In this document: one piece after another, positions 50,232 to 60,430 of the stretch
Numbering within the stretch: position 1 is the first letter of the stretch
How the letters are laid out: the number at the start of each line of letters is the position of its first letter
Assembly (NCBI GenBank): GCA_040400605.1
Contig: JBBAPZ010000003.1
Location: 1-64,000 of the forward strand
Reading direction: 5' to 3'
DNA: 64,000 nt
Source of the DNA: Candidatus Sericytochromatia bacterium
GTDB lineage: Bacteria; Cyanobacteriota; Sericytochromatia; S15B-MN24; JAQBPE01
Position numbers and translations under genes: made by a program
Notes under the pieces: generated by a model
Database searches by the model: none
Told to the model about the DNA's origin: nothing
What the model saw: the letters and a program-made list of their open reading frames with translations, nothing else

Positions 50232-50777
50232 TTAATCCGGATTAATGTACCAGCGGGAGAGGAAACGCTGGCGCATTTTTGCGACTTTGGGTGCAACGAC
50301 GGCCGCACAGTAGGCTTGTTCCGGGTTGTGGGCAAAGTAGTTTTGATGATAGGGTTCGGCAGGGTAGTAGGGACCGGCAGTTTCCAGGGTGGTGACGATG
50401 GGGTTGGCGAAAGTCTGGGCGCTTGTCAGTTCGGCGATGACGCTTTTGGCGATCGCCAGTTGGTCATCGTCTTGAATGAAAATGCTCGAGCGATACTGTG
50501 GGCCGATGTCGTTACCTTGGCGATTAAGCGTGGTGGGGTCGTGGAGCGCGAAAAAGATTCCAAGCAGGTCACGGTAGCTGATCCGCGAAGCGTCGTAGCT
50601 AATCTTGACGACCTCCGCATGGCCCGTGGTGCCTTGACACACCGCCCGGTAACCCGGGTTTTGCACCTGTCCACCGGTATAGCCACATTCGACGCCGGTG
50701 ACCCCTTGAATCTGGCGAAAAACCGCATCAAGACACCAAAAACAGCCACCGCCAAGAATCGCTGGGGATGTCGGCAT
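50232..50777 (-). CDS. msrA: Peptide methionine sulfoxide reductase A
   Basis: GGGCFWC, HDPTTLNRQGNDIGPQYRS and AEPYHQNY motifs. Confidence 0.97.
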   Translation of the reverse strand: MPTSPAILGGGCFWCLDAVFRQIQGVTGVECGYTGGQVQNPGYRAVCQGTTGHAEVVKISYDASRISYRDLLGIFFALHDPTTLNRQGNDIGPQYRSSIFIQDDDQLAIAKSVIAELTSAQTFANPIVTTLETAGPYYPAEPYHQNYFAHNPEQAYCAAVVAPKVAKMRQRFLSRWYINPD

Positions 50778-51223
50778 GGTCGGGCTCCTTTACGTGATGA
50801 CAACACTTGGTGACTGCTTACCGACCATTATACGCCTGTCCGACACCTCATCAAAGTCAGACAATGCTTGAAACAGCCTTTGGAAGCCTGTTTCAGGGCA
50901 ACTTGCTCACAAACTGGTTCGGATTGTTTTGCGGATCGATATCCTTTATTTTCCAAACCATGAATTGGTTTCCAGGGTTTTTTGCCGCGCACTGCGCAAT
51001 GCCCGTTATACCTGCTCTGAACACCGTGCACACAGTCGAATCGTTATCATAACCGCGTTTCAAAGACGACAGTGAACAATTTGTCCGCAACCCGGGACGA
51101 ATTGCCCGTGCGCCCCGAGCATTGGTTGTTAACCACCTCAACTTCAAGCGCCCCAATCACACGTGTCGCTATCACCAAAACCGCGAGACACTGTGCCCCA
51201 GGCCCGATGTGGCAACCGATGGA

Positions 51224-51853
51224 TCAATTGGCTGGGCTGGCCGTGGGGGTCGGGGTCGGAATCACGATGATAATCACGGGAGACGGCACAGGGGTTGGCA
51301 CGACCACCGTGATCTCCGGTTCCGGCACCGGCATCATGAAAACCTGAGGGCCCGCCATCGCATATGCATAGGGCGTTCCGAAGCCGTTGAGCGGCCACGC
51401 CTGATTCAGGGGCCAACTTTGGGCGAGCGGCCACACAGGCGATTGCCACGTCAATGGCGCAACGCCTGGTGGTACCGTGTAGGCACTCCCACCAGCTGTA
51501 TACGGGCCCCAGTTTCCTGCGATGGGATTGGCCGCATAACCCATACCCGTAGCCGCAGCAAAACCATTCTGGATCGGAACCGGGTTGATCGCGAGAAACT
51601 GGCCTTGAGCCTTACCCCCAGCATCTTGAGCCACTGGATGGGGCGAAGCGGCGAATGGTCCTGCACCCGACGGAACGGGTGCCGGTTGGGGTGAAGGCAA
51701 CGATTGGGATTCTGGAGGAACGCGAAAAGCAGCCTCGGGACTGGGGGCGGGGATCGCAATGGTGACTTGGAGGCAACCTGAGAGGGCGCCCACAGCGAAC
51801 CACCCGAAAGCCAACCTGATCAGACCCGCTGATCGATGCATCGCAAATGCCAT
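51224..51853 (-). CDS. Pro-rich putative lipoprotein
   Basis: AGGAG RBS; LSGC lipobox; WPL repeats; PTPTP tail. Confidence 0.6.
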   Translation of the reverse strand: MAFAMHRSAGLIRLAFGWFAVGALSGCLQVTIAIPAPSPEAAFRVPPESQSLPSPQPAPVPSGAGPFAASPHPVAQDAGGKAQGQFLAINPVPIQNGFAAATGMGYAANPIAGNWGPYTAGGSAYTVPPGVAPLTWQSPVWPLAQSWPLNQAWPLNGFGTPYAYAMAGPQVFMMPVPEPEITVVVPTPVPSPVIIIVIPTPTPTASPAN

Positions 51854-52083
51854 GCACGCTCCTTTCCGGCCTTGGCCCATACGCGTTGGCGACCAGCATA
51901 CGATCGGCACCAGCGCCATGCACCGAGCAGCCGCAGCAATCAATGGCCATGTGCCATTCACCCCGGCCAAGCAGCCCGCCACCCGATGAATGCTTTTTTC
52001 TTAAATCCGGGCAAGAAATATCTAAAACTTTCTATAAGGTTCGTGGAGTGTTGTTGGAACAGCCGGATGACCGGGGAGGGTAT

Positions 52084-52908
52084 ATGGGTTTGACAAGGTG
52101 GGGGCTGCTAAGGGTTGCGACCATTGGGCTGCTGATTGCGGGCTGTGGTCAGGGTGGCGTCGGTGGAACCAGTGTTCGTTCCAACGGTATTGAGGCCGCA
52201 GCGACGCGAACGCTGATGGACTCGTTTAACACGATTTATGCTGCGGCGTTCACGCGCTTGGATGCCAACCGGGATGGTGTCATCACAGAGTATGAGGCTG
52301 GCCCTTTCATTGACATCAAGGATATGGTCAAGGCGGATACGAACCGTAATGGCAGTTTGACGCAAAAGGAATTCATGAATTACGCCTTGCGCGGATCCTT
52401 CTTCGGTTGGATCCACATCGACAATGCGGGTGTCTACTTGGGCAAGTATGACAAAACCGTCTTTGCGGCGGCGCAACGGCGGGTGTTGATGAATGCGTTC
52501 AATCGGTTGGACATCAACAACGACAAATTACTCAAACCGAGCGAACTGACCGGAATGGCGATCACCAAAACCAAGCTGACGCTCTCCTTGATGGGCTTAA
52601 AAACCACCGTGACAATTCGTGAATTCTATGAGGACCACTTTGAAAAGGCGGATCACACCAACGATGGCAGCTTGTCGCAAGCGGAGTTTGAAGACTACGC
52701 CATGCTCTCGTTTATTGAATTGATCAATCCCGGGTACGCCTCGTTGCCGTCGCCTGCACCAACCTGGAAGCCCACCTCAGCCCCGAGTTGGACACCAACC
52801 GCAGTCCCAACCTGGACACCGACATGGACGCCAACCCTGGTCCCCACTCTGGTACCTACCTTGATTCCAACCTGGCGGCCTGCCGCGGAGACCGACGAAA
52901 CCATATAA
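52084..52908 (+). CDS. Lipoprotein with four EF-hand-like loops and PTW/PTL tandem-repeat tail
   Basis: IAGC lipobox; DANRDGVITEYE, DTNRNGSLTQKE, DINNDKLLKPSE, DHTNDGSLSQAE; 12-nt tandem repeats at about 52755-52875. Confidence 0.8.
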   Translation: MGLTRWGLLRVATIGLLIAGCGQGGVGGTSVRSNGIEAAATRTLMDSFNTIYAAAFTRLDANRDGVITEYEAGPFIDIKDMVKADTNRNGSLTQKEFMNYALRGSFFGWIHIDNAGVYLGKYDKTVFAAAQRRVLMNAFNRLDINNDKLLKPSELTGMAITKTKLTLSLMGLKTTVTIREFYEDHFEKADHTNDGSLSQAEFEDYAMLSFIELINPGYASLPSPAPTWKPTSAPSWTPTAVPTWTPTWTPTLVPTLVPTLIPTWRPAAETDETI

Positions 52909-52957
52909 ACCGTTCGTCGCTTGGCGAGCTTCACGGGCAACACATAACACTTCAAGC

Positions 52958-52984
52958 GCAGGGGTCCCACGTCGGGGCCCCTGC
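52958..52984 (+). terminator. GC-rich hairpin after the EF-hand lipoprotein gene
   Basis: GCAGGGGTCCC..GGGGCCCCTGC. Confidence 0.5.
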
Positions 52985-53538
52985 ACCCGTTTATGGGCCT
53001 TCGACAGCTCGCGGAAAAAAGTCCCGAAAACCAAGTCATCGTCAGTGAGCAATAAAAAATATTCGACCCACAAAACAATCTGAGGCAGGTTGCAGGCAAG
53101 TTATGCTGAAATAGGCCTCCATACGATGTTTCAGGCACTTTGTTGTGAGGTGTCGAACGAACAGGATGATTTAGCTGTCACAATCCAGCGGACATTCTGC
53201 TTGTTCGCCCCCAGATAGCCACCGCCGTTGACACGCTTGCATCAGTTCGCTGAAGTCCGATCACGGCATCATTGCGATGTAAGCAAAGCAACCGGATGAA
53301 ACACTTGGACCCATCGCGACTGGCGAATCCATCACCCCACCATTTGAACCAAGCAACAAGGGCAGACCGCACTCCCGCCTCGAACGCCTGGAGCAAGGCC
53401 TTCTTCGTTTTGCCTGGCATGGACGCACAACAAACAAAAAGGGAATATGAATCACTCATATTCCCTCAATGACCCTGATTATCCCTGAACGCATTGCAAC
53501 CGTTGATTGGAGAATTTCTCCAACCCCGTGTAGCGGGT

Positions 53539-54168
53539 TTAGAACAAATGCGTTCGCGTGCGGATCGGAGGCGCGGGATATTGCGTCTGCAAAATAGGAT
53601 CCAACCCTACGACTGCGAAAGTATAACCCGTAAAACGCGACAATCCTTCGATGGTGACTTGGTGATTGCTCTGGGACTTGCCCACATACCGCGCCTGATT
53701 GTAACCTGCCCAACGCAGGAACAGCGAACGCCCAAAGTATACGGCGCCCCTCGTCTTGGCCGTCGTGTTCCACGCCAAAGTCACGGACGTTGCCGTCCGG
53801 TTGATCACCCCAACAAAATTGGGACGCCAAGGATCCAAAATACTGGCACTCTCCACATCGCCAGCCATGTTTCGCGTGGTTCGACTAAACGTATCCAGAT
53901 CCAGTGCCTCCGAAGCCTCGCCATCCGGCACAGGCGGCGCCCCTGCGATCGCAGGCCCATCTTCCGTCCCGACTACCTGAATGCCTTCAGCGGACGCAGC
54001 ACTGACCATCGTAATGACCGGTGCCTGCGATGCGACCGACACAGCCCCCTTACCCTGAACAGCAACACCGGACGCCGTCTCCTGGGGAACGGTCGGAACC
54101 GGGGAATGACACGCCGCCACCGCCACCAATGGCAACAAACATCCGAACAGCAACACCTGTTGACGCAT
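53539..54168 (-). CDS. Lipoprotein with C-terminal fibronectin type III-like domain
   Basis: VAAC lipobox; TATSVTLAW..HQVTIEGLSRFTGYTFAV. Confidence 0.75.
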   Translation of the reverse strand: MRQQVLLFGCLLPLVAVAACHSPVPTVPQETASGVAVQGKGAVSVASQAPVITMVSAASAEGIQVVGTEDGPAIAGAPPVPDGEASEALDLDTFSRTTRNMAGDVESASILDPWRPNFVGVINRTATSVTLAWNTTAKTRGAVYFGRSLFLRWAGYNQARYVGKSQSNHQVTIEGLSRFTGYTFAVVGLDPILQTQYPAPPIRTRTHLF

Positions 54169-54313
54169 GGACAAACCCTCCCTGTCCCAATTATGATAAT
54201 CGATTTAAATCAAAATTAAAATACTTTGATTCAAAATTTAACCTTTAACAAGGTATTGCGGGATCAGCGCAGCGCGTCGTGCGAGGCTGAATTGGGTGGG
54301 AAGGCGATGGGGG

Positions 54314-55864
54314 ATGGTTGTGTTTGAGCAAGCGTTGGCGAAGACGCCTCAGGTGCCTGAAGTTGGTGTTGTGACGGATGCGTTGGGGAGTTTGAGCGCG
54401 GATGTCCTGGTGATTGTGGTTCAGGAGGGTTGTCAGTCTGCGGAGGGGTTGCGGGCGGCTTTTGGTGAACACTTGGCGGCGGTTTTGGATACTGGGGATT
54501 TCAGGGGCAGGGCGTCTGAAATGTTGTGGGTGCATTTGCCTGATCAGGCGATCAAGCGGATTCTGTTGGTTGGTGCCGGTTCAGTGTCGCGGCGGGGTTT
54601 GGAGGCGTTGCGTCAGGCGGCGGGTTGTGCGGCGCGGTGTGTGCGTGACGCGGGTTTACAGCGGATGATTTTGGCGTGGCCGTCAAATTGGGTGTGGCCC
54701 AAAGGGGATCCGGGTGTTGAGGCGATCGCCCAGGCGTTGGCTGAGGGGGCCTTGTTGTCGGTGTATCGGTTGGATGGGTATCGCACCAAGTTGGATGAAG
54801 GATTGGACCGTTTGGAGGGGGTGCTTGTTTGGTCCCTGCCTGAAAGCGAGCCGATGGTGGTGCTTGGGGTTGAGCGCGCGCGCGTTGTGGCCGAGAGTGT
54901 TGCGATCGCCCGCACGCTGATTTTGCATCCCGGGGGGCATTTACCGCCGCTGCGTCTGGCATCGGAGGTGAGACGGCTCTGTGAGCCATTGGGCCTGATT
55001 GTGCGCGTGTTGGACCGCGAGGCATTGAAAGCTGGTGGTTACGGTGCAATTTTGGCTGTCGCGCAGGGTAGTCACGAGGAGCCGTGCCTGATCGAAATTG
55101 AGTACCAGGGCTCGAAGGAGGCAGCGCCCATCGCGCTAATCGGAAAAGGGATCACCTTCGATTCAGGTGGTATCGGCATCAAACCATCCAAGGGCATGGA
55201 GAAAATGAAATATGACAAAGCAGGCGGTGCCGCCGTCATCGCAACCATCATCGCAGCCGCGCGGCTCGGCATACCCTGGCACATCGTGGGCGTGGTGGCG
55301 GCGGCCGAAAACATGCCATCAGAAACGGCGGCACGCCCGGGCGATGTCATCACCACGTTGAGTGGACTGACGGTGGAATTCAACGACACGGACGCCGAAG
55401 GGCGCATGGTGCTGGCGGATGCCTTGACCCATGCGTTACGCCACTGGCAGCCTCAAGCGGTGATTGATGCAGCGACGCTGACAGGAACCGTGACCTATGC
55501 CCTTGGTCGGGACATCATGGGCGTGATGGGCAATCACGAGGAATTGACGCAACGCATCCTCGAAGCAGGGGAGCGGGGGGGCGATCGCGGCTGGCCCCTG
55601 CCGCTGGATGACACCTTTGATGACATGCTCAAATCAGAGGTCGCCGACCTCCTCAATTACCCCGGCAGCGCCGCCAGTTGCATCACCGCGGGCAGCTTTT
55701 TAAAACAATTCATCAACAACACCCCTTGGGTACACCTCGACATCGCAGGCGTCGCCTGGGCACCCAACGATAGCCCCCATCGCCCCAAAGGACCAACCGG
55801 TGCCCCCATTCGCATGCTGCTTGAACTTCTGCGACGCTGGGGTCCCCTCGCGCCAACCCACTGA
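54314..55864 (+). CDS. pepA: Leucyl aminopeptidase (M17)
   Basis: GKGITFDSGG, MKYDKAG, DTDAEGRMVLAD and WVHLDIAG motifs; start approximate. Confidence 0.95.
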   Translation: MVVFEQALAKTPQVPEVGVVTDALGSLSADVLVIVVQEGCQSAEGLRAAFGEHLAAVLDTGDFRGRASEMLWVHLPDQAIKRILLVGAGSVSRRGLEALRQAAGCAARCVRDAGLQRMILAWPSNWVWPKGDPGVEAIAQALAEGALLSVYRLDGYRTKLDEGLDRLEGVLVWSLPESEPMVVLGVERARVVAESVAIARTLILHPGGHLPPLRLASEVRRLCEPLGLIVRVLDREALKAGGYGAILAVAQGSHEEPCLIEIEYQGSKEAAPIALIGKGITFDSGGIGIKPSKGMEKMKYDKAGGAAVIATIIAAARLGIPWHIVGVVAAAENMPSETAARPGDVITTLSGLTVEFNDTDAEGRMVLADALTHALRHWQPQAVIDAATLTGTVTYALGRDIMGVMGNHEELTQRILEAGERGGDRGWPLPLDDTFDDMLKSEVADLLNYPGSAASCITAGSFLKQFINNTPWVHLDIAGVAWAPNDSPHRPKGPTGAPIRMLLELLRRWGPLAPTH

Positions 55865-56122
55865 AACCCAGGCGCACCGAACATCGTAGAAGCACAGAAA
55901 AACCAATGAAAAAACACCTCATGCACCATTTTTGACAACAACGCTTGGCGCCCTCAAACATCGCGACAACCCGTCACAGCGATTCTGACAACGAATACAT
56001 CACTGCATGATGCCATTCGGCCAATAATTGTAAATTTTTGTAAACGAATTATGCTCTGTGATGAGGGTGCTCGAGGCGGTGTGCGTGGCAAGGCACCCTT
56101 GTCATGGAAAGGGGGAGTTCGT

Positions 56123-56638
56123 ATGCAAGGTTCTCGGTATCTGATGGGGGCTTTGATGGCCGTTTTGTTGACGGGGATGGCCGGGTGCAATCGGGTTGAG
56201 ACCCAGGTACCGCGGGCGGGGGGATCGGAACTGACGCCTCAGCAGGCAGTGATTGGCGGTCGCCAGTTAATGGTTGGTTCTGAAGCCTTGTCTGTGGAGC
56301 AAATCGAAGCGCGTTTGCCTGCATCTATGACGATGGCGGAGGCGGCCAAGGTTTTGGTGCGCATTGATGCGAGCAAGGTCGTGGAGACCCGCTTGCCGTT
56401 TGAGCTTCAGTCTTGGGGGCCCCGAATCTTTACTTGGGGATTTTACCCGGGTTTTCGCAGTCTGTTCCGGAATGCGTTGTATTACCCCTTCGGTAATCAC
56501 TATTTTCCTTACATCGCGGATGGAACGGCTTACACGCGCGTCTTCACACCTTCCGACTATGGTGGATTCTATCCGTTCATGTTCCGTTATGGCAGTGAGT
56601 TGATGCCGATTTGGTATACCCGGCGTTTCACCCTGTAG
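56123..56638 (+). CDS. Lipoprotein with Tyr-rich tail; paralog of 59404-60267
   Basis: MAGC lipobox; shared ~55 aa domain ending FELQS; YYPF..YFPY..FYPF tail. Confidence 0.8.
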   Translation: MQGSRYLMGALMAVLLTGMAGCNRVETQVPRAGGSELTPQQAVIGGRQLMVGSEALSVEQIEARLPASMTMAEAAKVLVRIDASKVVETRLPFELQSWGPRIFTWGFYPGFRSLFRNALYYPFGNHYFPYIADGTAYTRVFTPSDYGGFYPFMFRYGSELMPIWYTRRFTL

Positions 56639-56652
56639 TGTCAACGTGACGT

Positions 56653-56692
56653 GGCGGATTGCGCGGTGAGTTGCGGCGGCGCGCAATCCGCC
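56653..56692. terminator. Inverted repeat between convergent genes
   Basis: GGCGGATTGCGCG..CGCGCAATCCGCC, 13 bp stem. Confidence 0.7.
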
Positions 56693-56729
56693 TTTGACTC
56701 GCGTCAGGGTGCAAGCGGAGAATCAAAGG

Positions 56730-58172
56730 TCATTCACGATAGCGGATGGTCAAGGTGAGTCTGTTTTGACCGTGGGCGTCAACTGGGACGTCAAAGCTCA
56801 ATGCTTGTCCGTCCTGCGGGTTGGGGGGGTGGCTGCTTGTTTCCAGCGTCCAGTCACCGTAAAGGTGCTCCACGACGCGAACGATCGCAGCGGTGTCGCT
56901 CGCGTTGCCGAGAAGGACCTGTATGGTTTCCGTCCGTTGTTTGGTGTCAAGCCGCTGAATCCGGTTAACGCTTCGCTTGCCGCGAAGATCAAAGGACCAG
57001 CCCTGGTGCAGGCGAATCGGTTGTTCGACGGGGATATGTGCAAGCGTGTCATCACCGAGCCATTGGCGCTTTGTGTGGTCTTCCGCTCCTTCCAAGTGCA
57101 CGGTTCCGGCGGGCAATGGCCAACCGAGGCCATCTTCGCGGGTGTTGCGTCCGTGCCACTGAATCTCAACCGGAGATTCTTGATCCCCAATGCGTTGCGA
57201 ATCCAAAAGGTAAAGGCGTTTAAGATGGACGGCGGGAAACTCGGCCAAGCTGACCTGCTGCAGGTGCCGCTGCACCAAGTCCGCCGGTTTTGACAGTTCA
57301 AAGCGCTGATAACCCATCGTCGGCGCGACGCTTACGAGCGTATCTCCGCGTGCCATTGGTGCCGGAGCGGTTTCAAGCATCGGTTGAACGGCGCTACGGG
57401 GCGTTCCCGCGATGAGGGTCAAACGGGTGTTTAAAAAGTCAATTCCGGCCTCGTTGCGAAGGTTTACCAAAACTCGCCAAAACGCAGTGCCTTCGGGGGC
57501 CACGCGAACGACGTGTTCGCATTGCCATCCAATGCGCTGCGTTAGATAACTGAGTTTGAACGGATTTGTTCCGGGGTTCACGCCATCGAGGGTCCAACTC
57601 AGTGTGCTGCGCCCGACGAGGTGGCTGGGCAAGTTCGGTAAGACAACCTGTCCCGGCGGTTTCAGCAAAATTTTGCCATCAAGGCTGAAAATGCCGTCGC
57701 CTTGGCTTGCGATCAAGGTCGGGCGCAGAATCAAGGGCAGGCTCCCCGCAACAGGGGGAACGTGAATCTCGACCTGCTCGCCCACAAATGCCTCAAGAAG
57801 GGCTTGATGCGTGATGTCAGGTGGAATGTACGTTTGGGTTTGGATGCGCCAGGGTTCTTGATTTCCAGTCACGACAAGTTGTTGACTGCCCGGGACCAAC
57901 GTTGTTGGCAAGTCTTGCACCCACAGGCGTCGGGTCGCTTGGTTTGATGCGGGCACGATGACTTGGCGTTCTTCTTCGATGAGCGCCAAGTCGTTTTGAT
58001 ACAGAACCATGCTCGCACCCACGTTGGGCACACGTCGCGAGATGAGCGGCGAGAGCGGCTGTGCCGCATCAGGGCCGAAGCCTTGAAAGCCGCTGGGCGC
58101 TTGGGTAAAACCAGGCGCAACGCATGCGCTTAAGAGCATTGCCCCACACAAACATACCCAACGCTGGCGCAT
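56730..58172 (-). CDS. DUF4139-like lipoprotein
   Basis: LSAC lipobox; LYQNDLALIEEER, LSYLTQRIGW, NTREDGLGWPLPAG and VRVVEHLYGDW motifs. Confidence 0.85.
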   Translation of the reverse strand: MRQRWVCLCGAMLLSACVAPGFTQAPSGFQGFGPDAAQPLSPLISRRVPNVGASMVLYQNDLALIEEERQVIVPASNQATRRLWVQDLPTTLVPGSQQLVVTGNQEPWRIQTQTYIPPDITHQALLEAFVGEQVEIHVPPVAGSLPLILRPTLIASQGDGIFSLDGKILLKPPGQVVLPNLPSHLVGRSTLSWTLDGVNPGTNPFKLSYLTQRIGWQCEHVVRVAPEGTAFWRVLVNLRNEAGIDFLNTRLTLIAGTPRSAVQPMLETAPAPMARGDTLVSVAPTMGYQRFELSKPADLVQRHLQQVSLAEFPAVHLKRLYLLDSQRIGDQESPVEIQWHGRNTREDGLGWPLPAGTVHLEGAEDHTKRQWLGDDTLAHIPVEQPIRLHQGWSFDLRGKRSVNRIQRLDTKQRTETIQVLLGNASDTAAIVRVVEHLYGDWTLETSSHPPNPQDGQALSFDVPVDAHGQNRLTLTIRYRE

Positions 58173-58307
58173 CACAACACCCCCTTGTCATCAAGGCGCC
58201 AGTGTAGAGCCCCCTTTGGCAATGACCAACGAACGGGCGAGTCAGCAGGTTGAGTCAAACCGTCGTTTAGGGGTGAGTGCCGTGCAAGTCGGCCGCGCTG
58301 ATTGCCA

Positions 58308-58850
58308 TCAGGAAGGTTGGTTCAAACTGTGCGGGATCGGGGCATCCTGCGCTTCAGGGGTCAAAATCCAGGCATGGTAGCTATCAAACAAAAGCAGAAA
58401 TGAACCTTGGGTCATCACGCCGACGCCGTGACCAAAACGGGCGGGTTGCCGCGCCAAAAACGCCCCACCGGCGATGTAGGCGACATCGAGTCCGGCGTTG
58501 ATCCACAAGGTGCGAATCAGATTCGAACGCTCCTCGTGCGCATCCAACGGACGATCGCGTTTACGCGCGATTTCCTGAAGCCCCCACCATGCAATCGCCC
58601 CATCAATCGCCCCCCACACCACATTTTGCACACCGAAATCACGGACCCAGGCAACCGGAGAAAACAGCATCACAGCCCCCGTGCCCACCGACAAAGCACC
58701 AAAAGCCAGCAAGCGTTCACTGATAACCGTCTCTTCCGCCAGAATCGCCTGCGCCGAGTGCTGCATGGCCTCTGCCGGATCACTCGCGAACGTCCACGGA
58801 CCCAACAAACCCCACGCAAGCTGGAAATAAAAAGCAAGCTTTTTGGTCAT
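58308..58850 (-). CDS. Hypothetical membrane protein
   Basis: FGVQNVVWGAIDGAIA, LWINAGLDVAYI and QGSFLLLFD hydrophobic segments. Confidence 0.75.
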   Translation of the reverse strand: MTKKLAFYFQLAWGLLGPWTFASDPAEAMQHSAQAILAEETVISERLLAFGALSVGTGAVMLFSPVAWVRDFGVQNVVWGAIDGAIAWWGLQEIARKRDRPLDAHEERSNLIRTLWINAGLDVAYIAGGAFLARQPARFGHGVGVMTQGSFLLLFDSYHAWILTPEAQDAPIPHSLNQPS

Positions 58851-59403
58851 CGTGGTTCCTCACAAGTGGGTGGGGTGGATAATGGATCGATGACAAACAC
58901 TGCGATGACCGCCTCCACATGCCAGGCAGCCGACGCGCGGTTTGATTCAAAGGTCAGTGCCAAATCAGGTTCCAACCTTCGATTGCGTCAGATTCAACGG
59001 GATGGCAAGCCGTTAGCGCATTCACCCGCAACTCGCGCAAACGGGTCCGATGCCGCGCTCAACCAGACTTCATTGCCACTGATAGCCAAAACGCCTGAGT
59101 GCATCACTTCCAGTGTATCAGAGACCGATGGGCAGACAAAAGCCCCGCTTCAAAATGCGGCAAAACGGCGGTTTGGCTTGTTCAACGTTCAAGATGTCTC
59201 TGGCCGAGCGATCGCCAATCAACCCAAGCCCACCCGATACCCTTGCAACCGACCCTGGTGCCACAACGCATAAACGCGACAAGGCAGGTGGGGGAGTGTT
59301 GTGTCTGCGCTCGGGTTTGGTTACTGTCGCAGCGGGTTGGATAAAATCCATTGGTGCTTTGGGCATGGCTCACTGCTTGCCGTGCCGGAAAGGATGGCGT
59401 GTG

Positions 59404-60267
59404 ATGCCAAAACGTGTAAAAGGCCTGTTCGGTTTTTCAGGCGGTATTGCCATGATGCTGCTCATGGCTTGTTCGCAGGTGGGCAAACCCCCTGGACAGC
59501 CGATTTCAGCAGCGGCTGAAATGGGGCGGGCACCGGAACAAGTGGTGCTCAACGAGGAACGGTTGATGGTGGCTAATGCCCCATTGACCTTTGATGAGCT
59601 AAAACTACGTGTGCCACAAAGTCTGAGCGCAGAGGAGGGCGCGCGGGTGCTAATCAAGGTGGAGGGTGATCGCATCATCAAAGATGATGCGACCTATTCC
59701 CTTCAATCACGCGGTGGTGGGCGCGGCAGTGCCCATGGGGGTAGTGGTGGGCGTGGGCACGGCGGCCGAGGTGGCGGCTATGGCGGCGGGTATGGCCGCG
59801 GCTGGGGTGGTCGCGGCTTCTACGGCGGCTACGGCGCGTGGGGTCGCCCATTCTTCAATGACGGACTGTATTCCAACTACTGGTACTACCCATACAACAA
59901 CTACTTGCTTCCCTATTACTGGAATTCGGGTGCGTACTCACCTTATTGGGGCACTGGTCTGAACTATTCACCGTTCTTCTACAACTACGGGGGCGGCTTG
60001 TATCCGTTCACCTACAATTGGGGCGTGCCGGCTTTCACAACTCCGGCTGTCCAGCCCGTGATACAACAACCTGTCATGCAAACCGTTGCCCAGCCCGTGA
60101 TGCAGCAACCAGTGATTCAGCAGCCGGTGGTGCAGCAACAGCCCGTGACAACCGCTGGCACGGCCACCGTGTACACGCAGACACCAACCGGGACAACCAT
60201 CGGCAATCCGCAGGTGATTGCACCAGGCACAACCAATACCACCCTTGGGGGCATCTGGGCCCGCTAA
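59404..60267 (+). CDS. Lipoprotein with RGG-, Tyr- and Gln-rich low-complexity tail
   Basis: LMAC lipobox; domain shared with 56123-56638 ending YSLQS; RGG tract, YYPY tract and QQPV repeats. Confidence 0.8.
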   Translation: MPKRVKGLFGFSGGIAMMLLMACSQVGKPPGQPISAAAEMGRAPEQVVLNEERLMVANAPLTFDELKLRVPQSLSAEEGARVLIKVEGDRIIKDDATYSLQSRGGGRGSAHGGSGGRGHGGRGGGYGGGYGRGWGGRGFYGGYGAWGRPFFNDGLYSNYWYYPYNNYLLPYYWNSGAYSPYWGTGLNYSPFFYNYGGGLYPFTYNWGVPAFTTPAVQPVIQQPVMQTVAQPVMQQPVIQQPVVQQQPVTTAGTATVYTQTPTGTTIGNPQVIAPGTTNTTLGGIWAR

Positions 60268-60430
60268 CCAATCCCGGATGCGTGAGCCTGTTTCACGCGT
60301 GACACCACACGGTGCAACCAACATCGTCAAAGCGGGGGCGACGTTCGTTTCGCCCTCGCTTTTCCATGAAGCTGACTAAACAGGGGCGCTTGAGTTGTTA
60401 CCCAAACCACGCTTGGCACACGCAAAACCA

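Noticed and set aside
50828..51156. Small minus-strand ORFs upstream of msrA
   Set aside because: Overlapping short frames with no recognisable motif or good start signal.
52755..52875. CRISPR-like short repeats
   Set aside because: These are in-frame 12-nt coding repeats (PTW/PTL) without spacers; the repeats near 29030-29075 and 60050-60145 are likewise coding.
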